Numbered from the whole stretch's first letter, positions 1-13,084 are shown. The stretch: 63,803 nt of DNA, filler included, from Octopus bimaculoides (GCF_001194135.2; 4 parts of 3 records of this genome joined end to end with filler, not necessarily neighbours in it), one strand, 5' to 3'. The notes: generated by a model not told the origin, from the letters alone. Program-made: numbers and translations.

Positions 1-225
1 CCAATGTACGAAGGTCTTGCCTCACCACCTCAGCCCAGGTCTTCCTGGGCCTACCTCTTCCACGGGTTCCCTCAACTGTTAGGGTGTGGCACTTTTTCAC
101 GCAGCTATCCTCCTCCATTCTCACCACATGTCCATACCAGCGCAATCGTCTCTCTTGCACGCCACAACTGATGCTTCTAATGTTCAGCTTTTCTCTCAAG
201 ATACTTACACTCTGACGGGTATGTG
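1..225 (-). mobile_element. RTE-clade LINE, C-terminal ORF fragment (cut by window edge)
   Basis: Minus strand reads QSVSILREKLNIRSISCGVQERRLRWYGHVVRMEEDSCVKKCHTLTVEGTRGRGRPRKTWAEVVRQDLRTL, containing the RLRWxGHVxRM and RGRGRPRKTW motifs typical of RTE ends. Confidence 0.9.
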
Positions 226-966
226 TGTGTATGTATATATGTATGTTGTGTATGTATGGATATATATACACACACACACATATGCACACACACATGCACA
301 CACATATATGTGCATATGTATATATTTATACATACATACATATATGTGTTTGTGTATGTATATGTACATATATATGCACACATACACACACACATATGAT
401 GTATCGACCTGCAACACAAGTACAAGCGTACCCATCTCATATATAGAGAAGAAGAGTTTTGATGCAAATAGAGGGCTATTATGAAGAATAAAACTACAGG
501 AGGTTAAAAGAAAATGTTAGAATCAAGCAAAGATGGATTGATGAATATAATAAAACAGCAGGAGAGAGAGAGAGAAAATCAAACAAAATTTCTTCTGTTT
601 ATTAAGCAACAATAAAGTACAAACAAGAAAATATTTATACCAAGAGAAGCAGTTTCGGCAAAAACAAAATAAAACATTGTAAAAGTAAAACAAGAAAAAA
701 GAAAAAAAAACATTGACAGTGTTATAAAATCAGAGCAGAAATAAAATCTAATGAAAATAACAAGCGAATCCTCTCCATGACCAATATCCTGTAAGACTTG
801 ACAGAAAGGAGACAAACCAGTGTGAAAGCCAACAATGACTGAAAAACATTGAATACAAGGAAGGAATGGGTCTGATATTAGAGACACAAGATCAATGCTT
901 AGCCACAAAAAAAAAAAAAAATGTTTCTGCTTAATATAAACTGTCAACTGTTTACTTAATGCAAAG

Positions 967-1089
967 AAACACTCACATCGTGTTTTTGGCAACATCATTG
1001 GTTGTGTTGCTACGTTTTCTGAGGAAAATGTGCAGACGTTTTTACATAAAAATGGGAAGCGTTTGGTCTTAGTTCAAGCAGATGTGTGA
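967..1089 (+). CDS. Candidate terminal coding exon of an unrecognised gene
   Basis: AG at 965-966, then 40 stop-free non-repetitive codons (KHSHRVFGNIIGCVATFSEENVQTFLHKNGKRLVLVQADV), TGA at 1087-1089 and AATAAA at 1131-1136. No homolog recognised; acceptor is weak. Confidence 0.25.
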   Translation, partial: KHSHRVFGNIIGCVATFSEENVQTFLHKNGKRLVLVQADV

Positions 1090-1557
1090 CAGTAAGATGT
1101 TTTTCTTTGCCCTAAAACATGTCTGTTCTGAATAAAAAGGAGAGAGAGAAAGAGAGATAGAGAGATCAAAGTCAATTTTCCAGATAATTAAAAACAGGGA
1201 AAGAAAACGTGCTCTCTCAGTTCTGACCAAAATTTTCTTCCCTAGCAAAAGTCAAAAAGGTATCAAAAGGCATCATCTTACAAGGACTTTCAAAAGAGAA
1301 ATTAAGGAGCCATGAGTGGAAGAAGTATAAACAGTATCAATGGCAGATAATGGAAAGGGTACCATAACAACGGGTACCATAACAAAAACATGAAAAAAAG
1401 CCATAAACTGTAAATCGTATCTAGAATCTATAGAATAGCTATTCTAGATAAAGTTCACTTTGTAAGATTCTATACAAGAGATTTTCCAGTTCAGTTAGTG
1501 TTGCTCTTTTAATGTATATAAAAAGGAATATATATATATGTGTGTGTGTGTAGACTG

Positions 1558-1845
1558 ACATTCTGTCGGTTATGACAATGAGAATTCCAGTTGATGTGAT
1601 CAATGGAAGAGCCTGCTTGTGGAATTAATGTGCAAGTGGCTGAGCACTCCACAGACATATGTATCCTTAATGTAAGTCTCAGGGAAATTCAGCATGACAC
1701 AGGGTGTGACAAAGGTACGTGATAATAAGGTACAAGAACTGGAGCAATGTGGAATAAAATGTCTGGCTCAAGGATAGAAAGCACTGCCACAAAACGAACT
1801 TGTGACCTTACAACATGAACCAAATAGCCTTGCCACTAAGCCACT
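1558..1845 (-). mobile_element. tRNA-derived SINE (family B), diverged copy
   Basis: Shares the tail GTCGGTTATGAC..TTCCAGTTGAT..GCAAGTGGCTGAGCACTCCACAGAC with 26547-26965 and 31374-31620; A-box-like TGGCTTAGTGG on the minus strand near 1835-1845. Confidence 0.7.
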
Positions 1846-2225
1846 GGTACTTATTTTATCGATCCCAAAAGGATGAAAGGCTAAGTCAGCCATGGTGGAA
1901 TTTGAATTTAGAAAATAAGGGTGGACAAAATGCTGCTAAGCCTTTTTTCTGGCATCATAACGATTCTGTCAGCTCCCTGCCTTAATAAAAATGCTAATTA
2001 TTAAAATCATAATGGTTTCAAATTTTGGTATAAAGCTGGCAATTTTAGGGGCACAGATTAAGTGGATTACATCAACGCCCCTGTACTTGGCAGCTGCTTA
2101 TTTTATCAACCCCAAAATTGATAAACAGCAAGCTCGACCTCACTAGAATTTGAACCCAGAACACAAAGAATTAGAAGGAACATTGCTAATCATTTTGCCC
2201 AATATGCTAATGATTCTGCCAGTTT
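1846..2225 (-). mobile_element. Two adjacent copies of SINE family C (about 1846-1985 and 2030-2225)
   Basis: Both carry TACTTATTTTATC..CCC..AA..GAT..AA..AAG..GAC....GAATTTGAA, the motif repeated at many sites in the window. Confidence 0.75.
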
Positions 2226-2232
2226 GCTACAT

Positions 2233-2263
<31 letters not shown>

Positions 2264-2578
2264 GATAGTGGTGGTGGTGGTGGTGGTGGTGGTGGTGGTG
2301 GTGCCAATAAGAATAACAATAACTGCGTTTAATTAAATATTAATACGGACTGGAATGTGAAAGCACATTAAACGAAATGAATTGCAGCATCCAGAGGCTG
2401 CTGTTCTGTTGACAATATGGATCTATGAAATTCAAATTGTGTCCTCATTCAGACCTATTTCTGATATGGCCTTTTGTCCAGAACCTCCTGCTAACCCTCT
2501 CCTTATCTGCCCCACTCTTTCACAATATCTTCATCTCTGTCTGTCTTCTACTAACTCCATGTGCGTATGTATATATAT

Positions 2579-2624
<46 letters not shown>

Positions 2625-2768
2625 ATCTGCCTATCTCTCTATCTACACATGTGTGTGTGTATGCATGTTTGTGCATGCATGCGTGTTCATGCAGGTATGT
2701 CTGTGTGTGTAAGTGTGCGTGCATGATAATCTCTGGCCATTTTCCTCTTTCAGCTTGTCTGTATCTAT

Positions 2769-2808
<40 letters not shown>

Positions 2809-3699
2809 TTATATCTCTCAATTTCCTTTCCAGTTTTAGCATTTTTAGCCTAATGCCTATGTATTAATACAGGCAAACACATGCAAACCCCACATTCACA
2901 CACACACACACACGCACAAACATACACACAAACACTCACACAAACACACATACTCACATGCACACATGCTTACACATATACATACATATACATGTATATA
3001 TGTATGTATGTGTATGTATATATATNNNNNNNNNNNNNNNNNNNNNNNNNNNNNNNNNNNNNNNNNNNNNNNNNNNNNNNNNNNNNNNNNNNNNNNNNNN
3101 NNNNNNNNNNNNNNNNNNNNNNNNNNNNNNNNNNNNNNNNNNNNNNNNNNNNNNNNNNNNNNNNNNNNNNNNNNNNNNNNNNNNNNNNNNNNNNNNNNNN
3201 NNNNNNNNNNNNNNNNNNNNNNNNNNNNNNNNNNNNNNNNNNNNNNNNNNNNNNNNNNNNNNNNNNNNNNNNNNNNNNNNNNNNNNNNNNNNNNNNNNNN
3301 NNNNNNNNNNNNNNNNNNNNNNNNNNNNNNNNNNNNNNNNNNNNNNNNNNNNNNNNNNNNNNNNNNNNNNNNNNNNNNNNNNNNNNNNNNNNNNNNNNNN
3401 NNNNNNNNNNNNNNNNNNNNNNNNNNNNNNNNNNNNNNNNNNNNNNNNNNNNNNNNNNNNNNNNNNNNNNNNNNNNNNNNNNNNNNNNNNNNNNNNNNNN
3501 NNNNNNNNNNNNNNNNNNNNNNNNNNNNNNNNNNNNNNNNNNNNNNNNNNNNNNNNNNNNNNNNNNNNNNNNNNNNNNNNNNNNNNNNNNNNNNNNNNNN
3601 NNNNNNNNNNNNNNNNNNNNNNNNNNNNNNNNNNNNNNNNNNNNNNNNNNNNNNNNNNNNNNNNATGTATGTATGTGTATATGTTTGTGTGTGTGTGTG

Positions 3700-3900
3700 T
3701 GTTTCTCACCCCACCATCGTTTGATGACCAACTGATGTTGGTGTGTTTATGTCCCCGTAACTTAGTGGTTCTGCACAAGGGATCAATAGTATAAGTACTA
3801 GGCTTACAAAGAATAAGTCCTGGGGTCGATTTCCTCGACTAAAGGCGGTGCTCCAGCATGGTCGCAGTCAAATGACTGAAACAAATAAAAGAATAAAAGA
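3700..3900 (+). mobile_element. SINE family A, 3' half
   Basis: ATAAGTACTAGGCTTACAAAGAATAAGTCCTGGGGTCGATTT..CGACTAAAGGCGGTGCTCCAGCATGGTCGCAGTCAAATGACTGAAAC, near-identical to 52800-52900 and 63000-63100. Confidence 0.85.
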
Positions 3901-4477
3901 ATATAGCAGGAGATAGATAGATAGATAGATAGATAGATGAGGAGTGAAATGGTGAATGAGTAACTTTTATAGTTTATTCCATCAATATGGCTTTATTCTA
4001 GATTAATAAGAAAACAATGATAAAAGTGAAAATGTGAAAACAATCAAAAGAGAGCGAGAGAGAGAGAGAGAGAGGAGAAAGGGAGAGAATTTATAGGAGA
4101 CGGAGAGGGGAGAGAAAGAGGGAGGAATGAAGTGGCGTTTGGTGCATTTCAATTTGTGGCTCTCTAAAAAAAAGGGGCTATTTAATGGGGTTTTGTAAAG
4201 AAAGGAATTCCTAAGGGCATGTTTGTTTTGTTGTTATTCCTTTGAAATTTCCTGTTTTAATAATATTGGAAGGATCGGAAGGAGACAATGGTGGATGAGT
4301 AGAAGGGGGTGGGGCAGAAGAAAGAGATTGCCAATCACTGATTTAGAGTAAGTGTAGACACGTGTCCGTGTGAGTATGAATGTGTGTCCGTGTGTGTGTG
4401 TGTGTGCATGCAAATGTTTGCATGTATGTACATGTATTGTGGGTTTACATGTATGGGTATGCATGTGCAGGTTCCGA

Positions 4478-4585
4478 CATGGCAGCTGGTAAGTAGCTTG
4501 TTTACCAACCTCATGGTTCCGGGTTCAGTCCCACTGCATGGCACCTTGGGCAAGTGTCTTCTACAATAGCCTCGGGCCGACCAAA
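4478..4585 (+). mobile_element. SINE family A, 5' tRNA-like head
   Basis: GGTAAGTAGCTTG..ACCAACC..ATGGTTCCGGGTTCAGTCCCACTGC..GGCACCTTGGGCAAGTGTCTTCTAC matches 52480-52580; B-box-like GGTTCAGTCCC. Confidence 0.8.
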
Positions 4586-5201
4586 CTACTTTACAACTAC
4601 TCTGGATTTGGTACACATCACCCAGTCCTAGAACTGAACCCGCAATCTGGCAATCACAAGTACATCACCCTAACCACACAACCACGCAGCTTCATGCATA
4701 TGTATATTTGTATAAAACTCCCACACTTGCACACACGCACATGTGAATGAAGGTGACAAATATTTAGTAGTTCCAATGGTAACATTATCATCTCCTAATA
4801 TTCTCCTTGCATCAACAAAATATATGTCAACATCACAAATATTTAATGCACTTTTCTGACAGCTGCGCATTTTATGTGTTTACTTTCATACATAATGCAT
4901 CGACAGTCAAATGTTTGCAAGTTTCTTATGGTTTTCCTAAATATCACACAGTTTACTTTCTTTTAATCCTGCCAAAGTTTGTGTGTATAATAGCAGTCAA
5001 AGTTAGACAATTTGCTGCATTATAACCCCTGCTGATGAAGGCTGGAAATATGCATATGGTGCATTGTCTTTTTGCCAGGAACCTCTGCTTCGTCCAGGAA
5101 TATTAATTATATGGACTGTGTATGCTTTTTTTTCTGTTTTATGTGTAACTTGACTAACAACTTATTTTCCTCATGGCCAACACAAAGCTACGGTTACAGG
5201 C

Positions 5202-5260
<59 letters not shown>

Positions 5261-5334
5261 NNNNNNNNNNNNNNNNNNNNNNNNNNNNNNNNNNNNNNNN
5301 NNNNNNNNNNNNNNNNNNNNNNNNNNNNNNNNNA

Positions 5335-5369
<35 letters not shown>

Positions 5370-5486
5370 GAACCAAGATGAAAGAACCAAATAAATAATT
5401 TGTCCAAAATTCTGATAAACTCCTTTTCTTGATATCTACAATCTATACAAAATCTTCAAACAATGTGTGTGTGTACATATATACAT

Positions 5487-5522
<36 letters not shown>

Positions 5523-7031
5523 ATACATATACACACACAGGCACACACACATATATGTATATATATANNNNNNNNNNNNNNNNNNNNNNNNNNNNNNNNN
5601 NNNNNNNNNNNNNNNNNNNNNNNNNNNNNNNNNNNNNNNNNNNNNNNNNNNNNNNNNNNNNNNNNNNNNNNNNNNNNNNNNNNNNNNNNNNNNNNNNNNN
5701 NNNNNNNNNNNNNNNNNNNNNNNNNNNNNNNNNNNNNNNNNNNNNNNNNNNNNNNNNNNNNNNNNNNNNNNNNNNNNNNNNNNNNNNNNNNNNNNNNNNN
5801 NNNNNNNNNNNNNNNNNNNNNNNNNNNNNNNNNNNNNNNNNNNNNNNNNNNNNNNNNNNNNNNNNNNNNNNNNNNNNNNNNNNNNNNNNNNNNNNNNNNN
5901 NNNNNNNNNNNNNNNNNNNNNNNNNNNNNNNNNNNNNNNNNNNNNNNNNNNNNNNNNNNNNNNNNNNNNNNNNNNNNNNNNNNNNNNNNNNNNNNNNNNN
6001 NNNNNNNNNNNNNNNNNNNNNNNNNNNNNNNNNNNNNNNNNNNNNNNNNNNNNNNNNNNNNNNNNNNNNNNNNNNNNNNNNNNNNNNNNNNNNNNNNNNN
6101 NNNNNNNNNNNNNNNNNNNNNNNNNNNNNNNNNNNNNNNNNNNNNNNNNNNNNNNNNNNNNNNNNNNNNNNNNNNNNNNNNNNNNNNNNNNNNNNNNNNN
6201 NNNNNNNNNNNNNNNNNNNNNNNNNNNNNNNNNNNNNNNNNNNNNNNNNNNNNNNNNNNNNNNNNNNNNNNNNNNNNNNNNNNNNNNNNNNNNNNNNNNN
6301 NNNNNNNNNNNNNNNNNNNNNNNNNNNNNNNNNNNNNNNNNNNNNNNNNNNNNNNNNNNNNNNNNNNNNNNNNNNNNNNNNNNNNNNNAAAGATTTTTTC
6401 TAACTGGTTTTCATTGCGAAGAAGCAAATTATCAAGAAGAAGGAGAATGAAAATGTTTTTTTACAAAGAAGTACAAAATGAAGAAAATAATATATAAAAC
6501 AATAATATATAAAAAAAAAATAAATATACCCATACATTATATTGTCTTTGAGCTTTTGTAGTTCAATAGTAGTTCGTGTATAAATTGGTAGGAAAAATAA
6601 GGATGCATGAGTGTTGAGAGTTTTGTTAGGTTTAAAAAAAGGGTTAAAAGTTTGTGTTAATCAGGAAATGTGGTGTCAAAACAGGAAGTATATATATATA
6701 TATATATATACGTATGTATTTGTATATGCATACATACATATATCTATAGAAATGAAGTTTCTTGTATACATTTTTACTATAGTCCAGTATATAAATATTA
6801 TTGAAATGTACAGTAACAAATGCATTGACTGTGAGGTATGTATATATATCTATATATACATTATACATATATTTTAGAAACTCTATGATTAAATCCATGA
6901 CATGGTTTCATGCTGGTGCCTGAGTGGTTGTTAATCTGAATTTTGGCAATCCTTTAAATCCACAATGTTGGCAACATATGACCATGATATGAATTTCAGT
7001 GGTAAAATTACTAACACATGTACACACACGT

Positions 7032-7070
<39 letters not shown>

Positions 7071-8460
7071 GGTGTTTGTGTTTGTGTGCGTATATTTATA
7101 TACTCATGTATATGTTTATAGATTAATATGTGTATGTATATACATACATATGCAATAGCTGAGCATGTAAGCCTATGTGTGTGCATATATATATTTATGT
7201 GTGTATAACTATACATACATATATATACACACACATATGAGTATGTAAGTAGGTCTATATATACATTTTTGTATTATATGTATATATATGTATGTGTATG
7301 TGTGTATATATATATATATATATATGTAGGCACATACACACATGTATATATCTATGGGTAAGAATACATACAAGTATATATCTATATGTCTCTCTCTCTC
7401 TCTCTCTATNNNNNNNNNNNNNNNNNNNNNNNNNNNNNNNNNNNNNNNNNNNNNNNNNNNNNNNNNNNNNNNNNNNNNNNNNNNNNNNNNNNNNNNNNNN
7501 NNNNNNNNNNNNNNNNNNNNNNNNNNNNNNNNNNNNNNNNNNNNNNNNNNNNNNNNNNNNNNNNNNNNNNNNNNNNNNNNNNNNNNNNNNNNNNNNNNNN
7601 NNNNNNNNNNNNNNNNNNNNNNNNNNNNNNNNNNNNNNNNNNNNNNNNNNNNNNNNNNNNNNNNNNNNNNNNNNNNNNNNNNNNNNNNNNNNNNNNNNNN
7701 NNNNNNNNNNNNNNNNNNNNNNNNNNNNNNNNNNNNNNNNNNNNNNNNNNNNNNNNNNNNNNNNNNNNNNNNNNNNNNNNNNNNNNNNNNNNNNNNNNNN
7801 NNNNNNNNNNNNNNNNNNNNNNNNNNNNNNNNNNNNNNNNNNNNNNNNNNNNNNNNNNNNNNNNNNNNNNNNNNNNNNNNNNNNNNNNNNNNNNNNNNNN
7901 NNNNNNNNNNNNNNNNNNNNNNNNNNNNNNNNNNNNNNNNNNNNNNNNNNNNNNNNNNNNNNNNNNNNNNNNNNNNNNNNNNNNNNNNNNNNNNNNNNNN
8001 NNNNNNNNNNNNNNNNNNNNNNNNNNNNNNNNNNNNNNNNNNNNNNNNNNNNNNNNNNNNNNNNNNNNNNNNNNNNNNNNNNNNNNNNNNNNNNNNNNNN
8101 NNNNNNNNNNNNNNNNNNNNNNNNNNNNNNNNNNNNNNNNNNNNNNNNNNNNNNNNNNNNNNNNNNNNNNNNNNNNNNNNNNNNNNNNNNNNNNNNNNNN
8201 NNNNNNNNNNNNNNNNNNNNNNNNNNNNNNNNNNNNNNNNNNNNNNNNNNNNNNNNNNNNNNNNNNNNNNNNNNNNNNNNNNNNNNNNNNNNNNNNNNNN
8301 NNNNNNNNNNNNNNNNNNNNNNNNNNNNNNNNNNNNNNNNNNNNNNNNNNNNNNNNNNNNNNNNNNNNNNNNNNNNNNNNNNNNNNNNTATTGCATACAT
8401 ACATATATATATATACATATTTATTTATATGCATATTGTTTATTTTACCTATATATAAAA

Positions 8461-8505
<45 letters not shown>

Positions 8506-8517
8506 GTGTGTGTGTGC

Positions 8518-8561
<44 letters not shown>

Positions 8562-8930
8562 ATATACCTATAGATATTTGTATATTTGTATATATATATG
8601 TGTGTGTGTGAATGTGTGTTTATATAAATATGTACTAATATATGTATGTGCGTGTGTGTGTGTGTGTGTACTTTACAAATGAAATGAAATTAGCTCTATA
8701 TGTATATGTTTTAGTTTGTTTGGCTCTCTCTGTGTATGTGTGAATGTACATGTGCAGTGAATGCACTGGTGTGTATGTTGTGCGTGTGTGTGTGCGTGGG
8801 GGTGGAAAGTTTTCAAAAAAACGTGTTGAGAATTCATATACTGTGTAAATAACAAAGAATAGAATATAAGGATATATATACACACCTATATATTGCACAC
8901 ACCCATCTATGATTATATCTATTTATATAC

Positions 8931-8973
<43 letters not shown>

Positions 8974-9202
8974 GGTATGTATACATTTATATGCAGCAAG
9001 AGAGATAGATTGATCAGTAGATATTCAGATCGGTAAATTCATGCATACATCCATTAATATGTATATGCTCCCATATTTATCTGTGTATGAATAAACCACA
9101 TATCTTGTTCTGTTTCATTGCATCAGAATATTAAGTGATATTACAGAATTTCTTTTATGGCTAATTGTAACAAGCTTTGTTATATTTTGTTTAAGGGTTT
9201 GA

Positions 9203-9290
9203 ATGAAATTTAATAGATTAAAATGGTACAGAATCCCTTCAGCTGACCAAGTGGCCACTGGTTTGTGTCCCATTCACAGCATTGAGTCAG
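9203..9290 (+). CDS. Candidate short coding exon of an unrecognised gene
   Basis: TTTTGTTTAAG acceptor ending 9195, ATG at 9203, open frame MKFNRLKWYRIPSADQVATGLCPIHSIES(G), strong donor CAG|GTAAGG at 9290/9291. Confidence 0.35.
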
Positions 9291-9623
9291 GTAAGGTCTA
9301 TTGAGATTTAATCCTTTTGCAAATGATTAAATACCTGGCCAAAATACTTCACCTGTTTTATGTTCATACTGGCTAGATCCAACCTCTCACACTAACCTTA
9401 CAATGTCATTCTAAAATTATGCAATCACATCTTTGAAATCTTGAAGCTACAAGGCAATGCATGATTAATTCTGAAGAATGTGAATAAATAAGGATTATCT
9501 GAATGTGAAACGGTTAACGTTCAAAAGGACTCGGTCCACCTTACTGGAAACAGGAACAAGTTTCTACAATTCCACATGAAGCAACTGCAAACAATTTCTG
9601 CAGTTTGCTTGAAGAATCTTAAG

Positions 9624-9664
<41 letters not shown>

Positions 9665-9666
<2 letters not shown>

Positions 9667-9820
9667 AACCTCGTGGGCATCGGTACCATTTTCCTCTTTC
9701 TCCGTTCTTCCATTCTCCGAACTTTCCATCTTTCCGACGAAGGGCTACGCCCGAAACGTCATACACTCTCTCTTTCCTTTCCTGAGCGTCCAATAATACT
9801 ATCCATATCACGTCCTCACT
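9665..9820 (+). mobile_element. Penelope-type terminal-repeat fragment with degenerate hammerhead motif
   Basis: CCGACGA-A-GGGC-TAC-GCCC-GAAACGTC at 9734-9760 has minimal hammerhead layout with the palindromic ACGT stem III known from Penelope-like elements; core position 4 is C instead of U. Confidence 0.55.
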
Positions 9821-9999
9821 TTGTTGTTTTTTTGTTTTTTTTGTTATTGTGTTTTTGAACTATATATATANNNNNNNNNNNNNNNNNNNNNNNNNNNNNN
9901 NNNNNNNNNNNNNNNNNNNNNNNNNNNNNNNNNNNNNNNNNNNNNNNNNNNNNNNNNNNNNNNNNNNNNNNNNNNNNNNNNNNNNNNNNNNNNNNNNNN

Positions 10000-10185
10000 C
10001 ATGATAGATCACTAGCCACTACACACATTTTCATTCTCTTCTTGTTTCTTTCTGTGTTTCGTTCTGTGGAAGAGCGTAGGCTTGAAACGTTTAAGACTTT
10101 TTCAATTCCCAAGTGTTATACTAATACATCTATTTGTTTTCTACACCACCTGTTTTCGCCTTTTGTTTTTTTGTGAATTCTCCCT
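10000..10185 (+). mobile_element. Penelope-type terminal-repeat fragment (second family) with hammerhead-like motif
   Basis: CTGTGGA-A-GAGC-GTAG-GCTT-GAAACGTT at 10064-10091; related copies at 30882-30909 and 63126-63149. Confidence 0.5.
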
Positions 10186-10230
10186 ATATACATATATAAA
10201 TACATACACACATAACACACACACACACAT

Positions 10231-10270
<40 letters not shown>

Positions 10271-10289
10271 GTATGTATGTATTGAGATT

Positions 10290-10530
10290 AATGTATGTCA
10301 TGATTGAGGTTTATTTCAAGATTTCTTGTCGAAAGAAAAAAAGCCGGTTTCTAACCTAGATTCAAGGCTCCTTCATTGGAATTTCAACACCATCAACAGG
10401 GTATTTATTGGTGCCTGTTTGTGTGTCTATGTGCAGTATTTAGAGCCAGTGCATGTGCAGATGTGTATGTTTTGTTTTATGTATGTATTCCCATGCATAT
10501 AGTTGCATATCTGGACAAGTGCATATATAT
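10290..10530. repeat. Unclassified dispersed repeat, also at about 22145-22325
   Basis: TTTATTTCAAGATTTCTTG..TTTCTAACCTAGAT..AAGGCTCC.TCATTGGAATTTCAAC..CATCAACAGG occurs at both places. Confidence 0.75.
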
Positions 10531-10776
10531 TTAATTGATAAACTTCTGGAATGTTTTACAGATTTTTACAGTTCCAGTGATAGATTGGATCTGTAGTCTT
10601 TGAATTAGCTTTCTCCTTTCTGGTTTTGAGATGTATGTATGTATGCATATAAATAACATAAAGGAACTGGGATTTGGAACCCTAGCAGGTATCTTATTAG
10701 CCCTCTGATATAATCCAGATCTGGCTAACCATATCGAATGATAAGGAACATATAGAATTGTATATACATGTACATA

Positions 10777-10825
<49 letters not shown>

Positions 10826-10978
10826 GAGGGCCTTCCCTTCTTTTAGTTACAATTAACCAAATCCACTCACAAGGCTTTGGTTAGTGCAGGGCTATAGCAG
10901 AAAACACTTGTCCAAGGTGAACTCGGACCCATGTTGTTGGAAAGCAATCTGCTTAACGACACACCCACAGCTGTGCCT
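10826..10978 (-). mobile_element. SINE family A, 5' half
   Basis: Reverse complement of the family A head (AATCCACTCACAAGGCTTTGGT..GGCTATAG.AGAA.ACACTTGTCCAAGG), abutting (CA)n(TA)n. Confidence 0.75.
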
Positions 10979-11885
10979 TCATACTTACTGTATATTTACA
11001 ATGGTGGTGCTCCAGCATGACCATAGCCTTAAAACTGAAACAAGTTAAAGAGTTAAAGCATAACAACTGATAAATGTCTGGAAAATGGAACATTTTTTTT
11101 TTTGTGTAATCGATGTTGATAGAGAAGAAACTCTGTAAAAGCATGGAATAAAGTTGAAGAATCTTTAGTGACATTAAGTTCCATTTATCCCAATGCCACC
11201 AAAATGTTTTTCCACATGTTAGAATGAAGAGTGGCATATTTGCATTCTCATTGGATAGTTATCCATCATTTTAAAGATTGTGACTAGACTTCCAAATATA
11301 AGATATATTATTTTATGTAAATTTATCAATAGCCAAGTTCCTTGTGTTAGCACATATTACAAAGATGAGAATCAACACAAATAAACGTGTTTGCCTTTCT
11401 CAAGATTTCATCAGCGACAATTTATTTTATTTCTCTGTCTTCACGTTGTTTTATTTTATTTCTGTGTAGCAAAAACAGACATCTTATTGCCCACAAGGGA
11501 AGAATTTATTTTTGTGGAGAAATATTTCTTTCTTTTTTTTTTTTTGTTTATTGTCTCTGTCCTAATGTTTGTCATGCTTCATTGCAGCATCTGCAACCAT
11601 GTATAGTGTTGCAGCCAGCATGGTATTCTAATCAACACGTTACTCTATCTTGCATTTAGCCACATCCTAGATTTCCAGTTTCTCACCACAACAGGACAGG
11701 GGATAGAAGGGAGGGTTTGATCTGAGTATTTGATGCTAACAGTAATTAAATACCAGTACTAAATGAATACATTAAGCCAGCACGGAGTACTCTATATTAG
11801 CACTAACTAAATATTTAATAATAACATTAACCATTTTCACAGTAGAAAATAGACAAATATTCATGTAAAATGCCATTACCTTTAA

Positions 11886-12106
11886 CCCTTTTGATACCAA
11901 TCTGGCTGAAACCGGCTCTGGTTCTGAGTACAAATGTCTTGCTTTCATAAGATTTGAATTAAAATCTTCCACCAAAGCTTAGTCACAATTTATGTTCCTA
12001 ACCCTGGCTTAATGATAACTAAGTTATTTTACTAAATTCTTTGTTATATTTAAAATAAATTGAAAGAAACCCAGAGCATCTCAACAGAAATACGGTGATG
12101 AAAGGG
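11886..12106. mobile_element. piggyBac-type MITE
   Basis: TTAA|CCCTTT at 11882-11891 and AAAGGG|TTAA at 12101-12110: TTAA target duplication with CCC..GGG termini and no ORF. Confidence 0.8.
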
Positions 12107-12259
12107 TTAATGGCAGAAAGTAGTTTCATTCACTGATTTATCGTTTGTTGAGGAATGTCATGTTTGCAGTTATTTTATGTTGGAATATGTCAATTTTGTT
12201 GAGGTAACATGACTTACAGGAAAATTCCAATTGTTTTTTGGTAGATACTTAATATCATT

Positions 12260-12573
12260 ACTGAAATCATCAATATCATCAACATCGTCATCATCGTCAT
12301 CATTGTTGTCGGTGGCAGCATCATCATCATCATCATCATCATCATCATTGTTGTTGGTGACATCATCATCATCATTCTCATTCAATGTCCTATTTTTTTT
12401 CATGCACTGGTATGAGTTGGACGCTAAGGCCCCTCTTGTTGTGGTCCTTAAGAGAAGTAATGGTGATGTCAGTGCCAATCAAGCTAGCGTTGACTACGAT
12501 TGCAGTATTGCACAAAATGTATTAAACCTAATGCAGTAGTAAATGTTACAGATAGTGATGACAATAATGTTCT

Positions 12574-12635
<62 letters not shown>

Positions 12636-12930
12636 CTAGTAGTAGTAGTAGTAGTAGTAGCACCACCACCACCACTGCTGTCAGCACTGTTGTATGGTAG
12701 CAACATTTGATGGTGGTAGCAATTTTTGAAGTTATGGTTGTGGTGCTGGTGGGTGACACATGGTGATTGTGGTGGCAGTTGTGGTGGTGGTGGTGTCAAT
12801 AAGACTTAAGATAAAAAAGACAAAGAAAAAAAGAAACACAAAATGACTGCAGTAGTTGATAGCGATTATAATCACTGCAGCAACCACATAGGTTTTTTGC
12901 TAGTATACTACCAACAGTGGTACTGGTAGC

Positions 12931-12977
<47 letters not shown>

Positions 12978-13025
12978 CAGTAGTAGCAGCAGCAGCAGCA
13001 GTGGTGGTGGGGATGTTGTTGTTGT

Positions 13026-13084
<59 letters not shown>

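Noticed and set aside
5032-5050. Intact CTGATGA followed by GAAA
   Set aside because: No stem II can form between them and there is no palindromic stem III, so not a credible hammerhead.
2881-8682. Long ORFs of 250-450 aa in the track (also near 20319-21114, 28416-29027, 56733-57536, 59718-60560)
   Set aside because: Mostly X residues from N gaps flanked by (TA)n/(CA)n translations.
12400-12540. Non-repetitive island between microsatellites, open on both strands
   Set aside because: No usable splice-site pair and no recognisable peptide.
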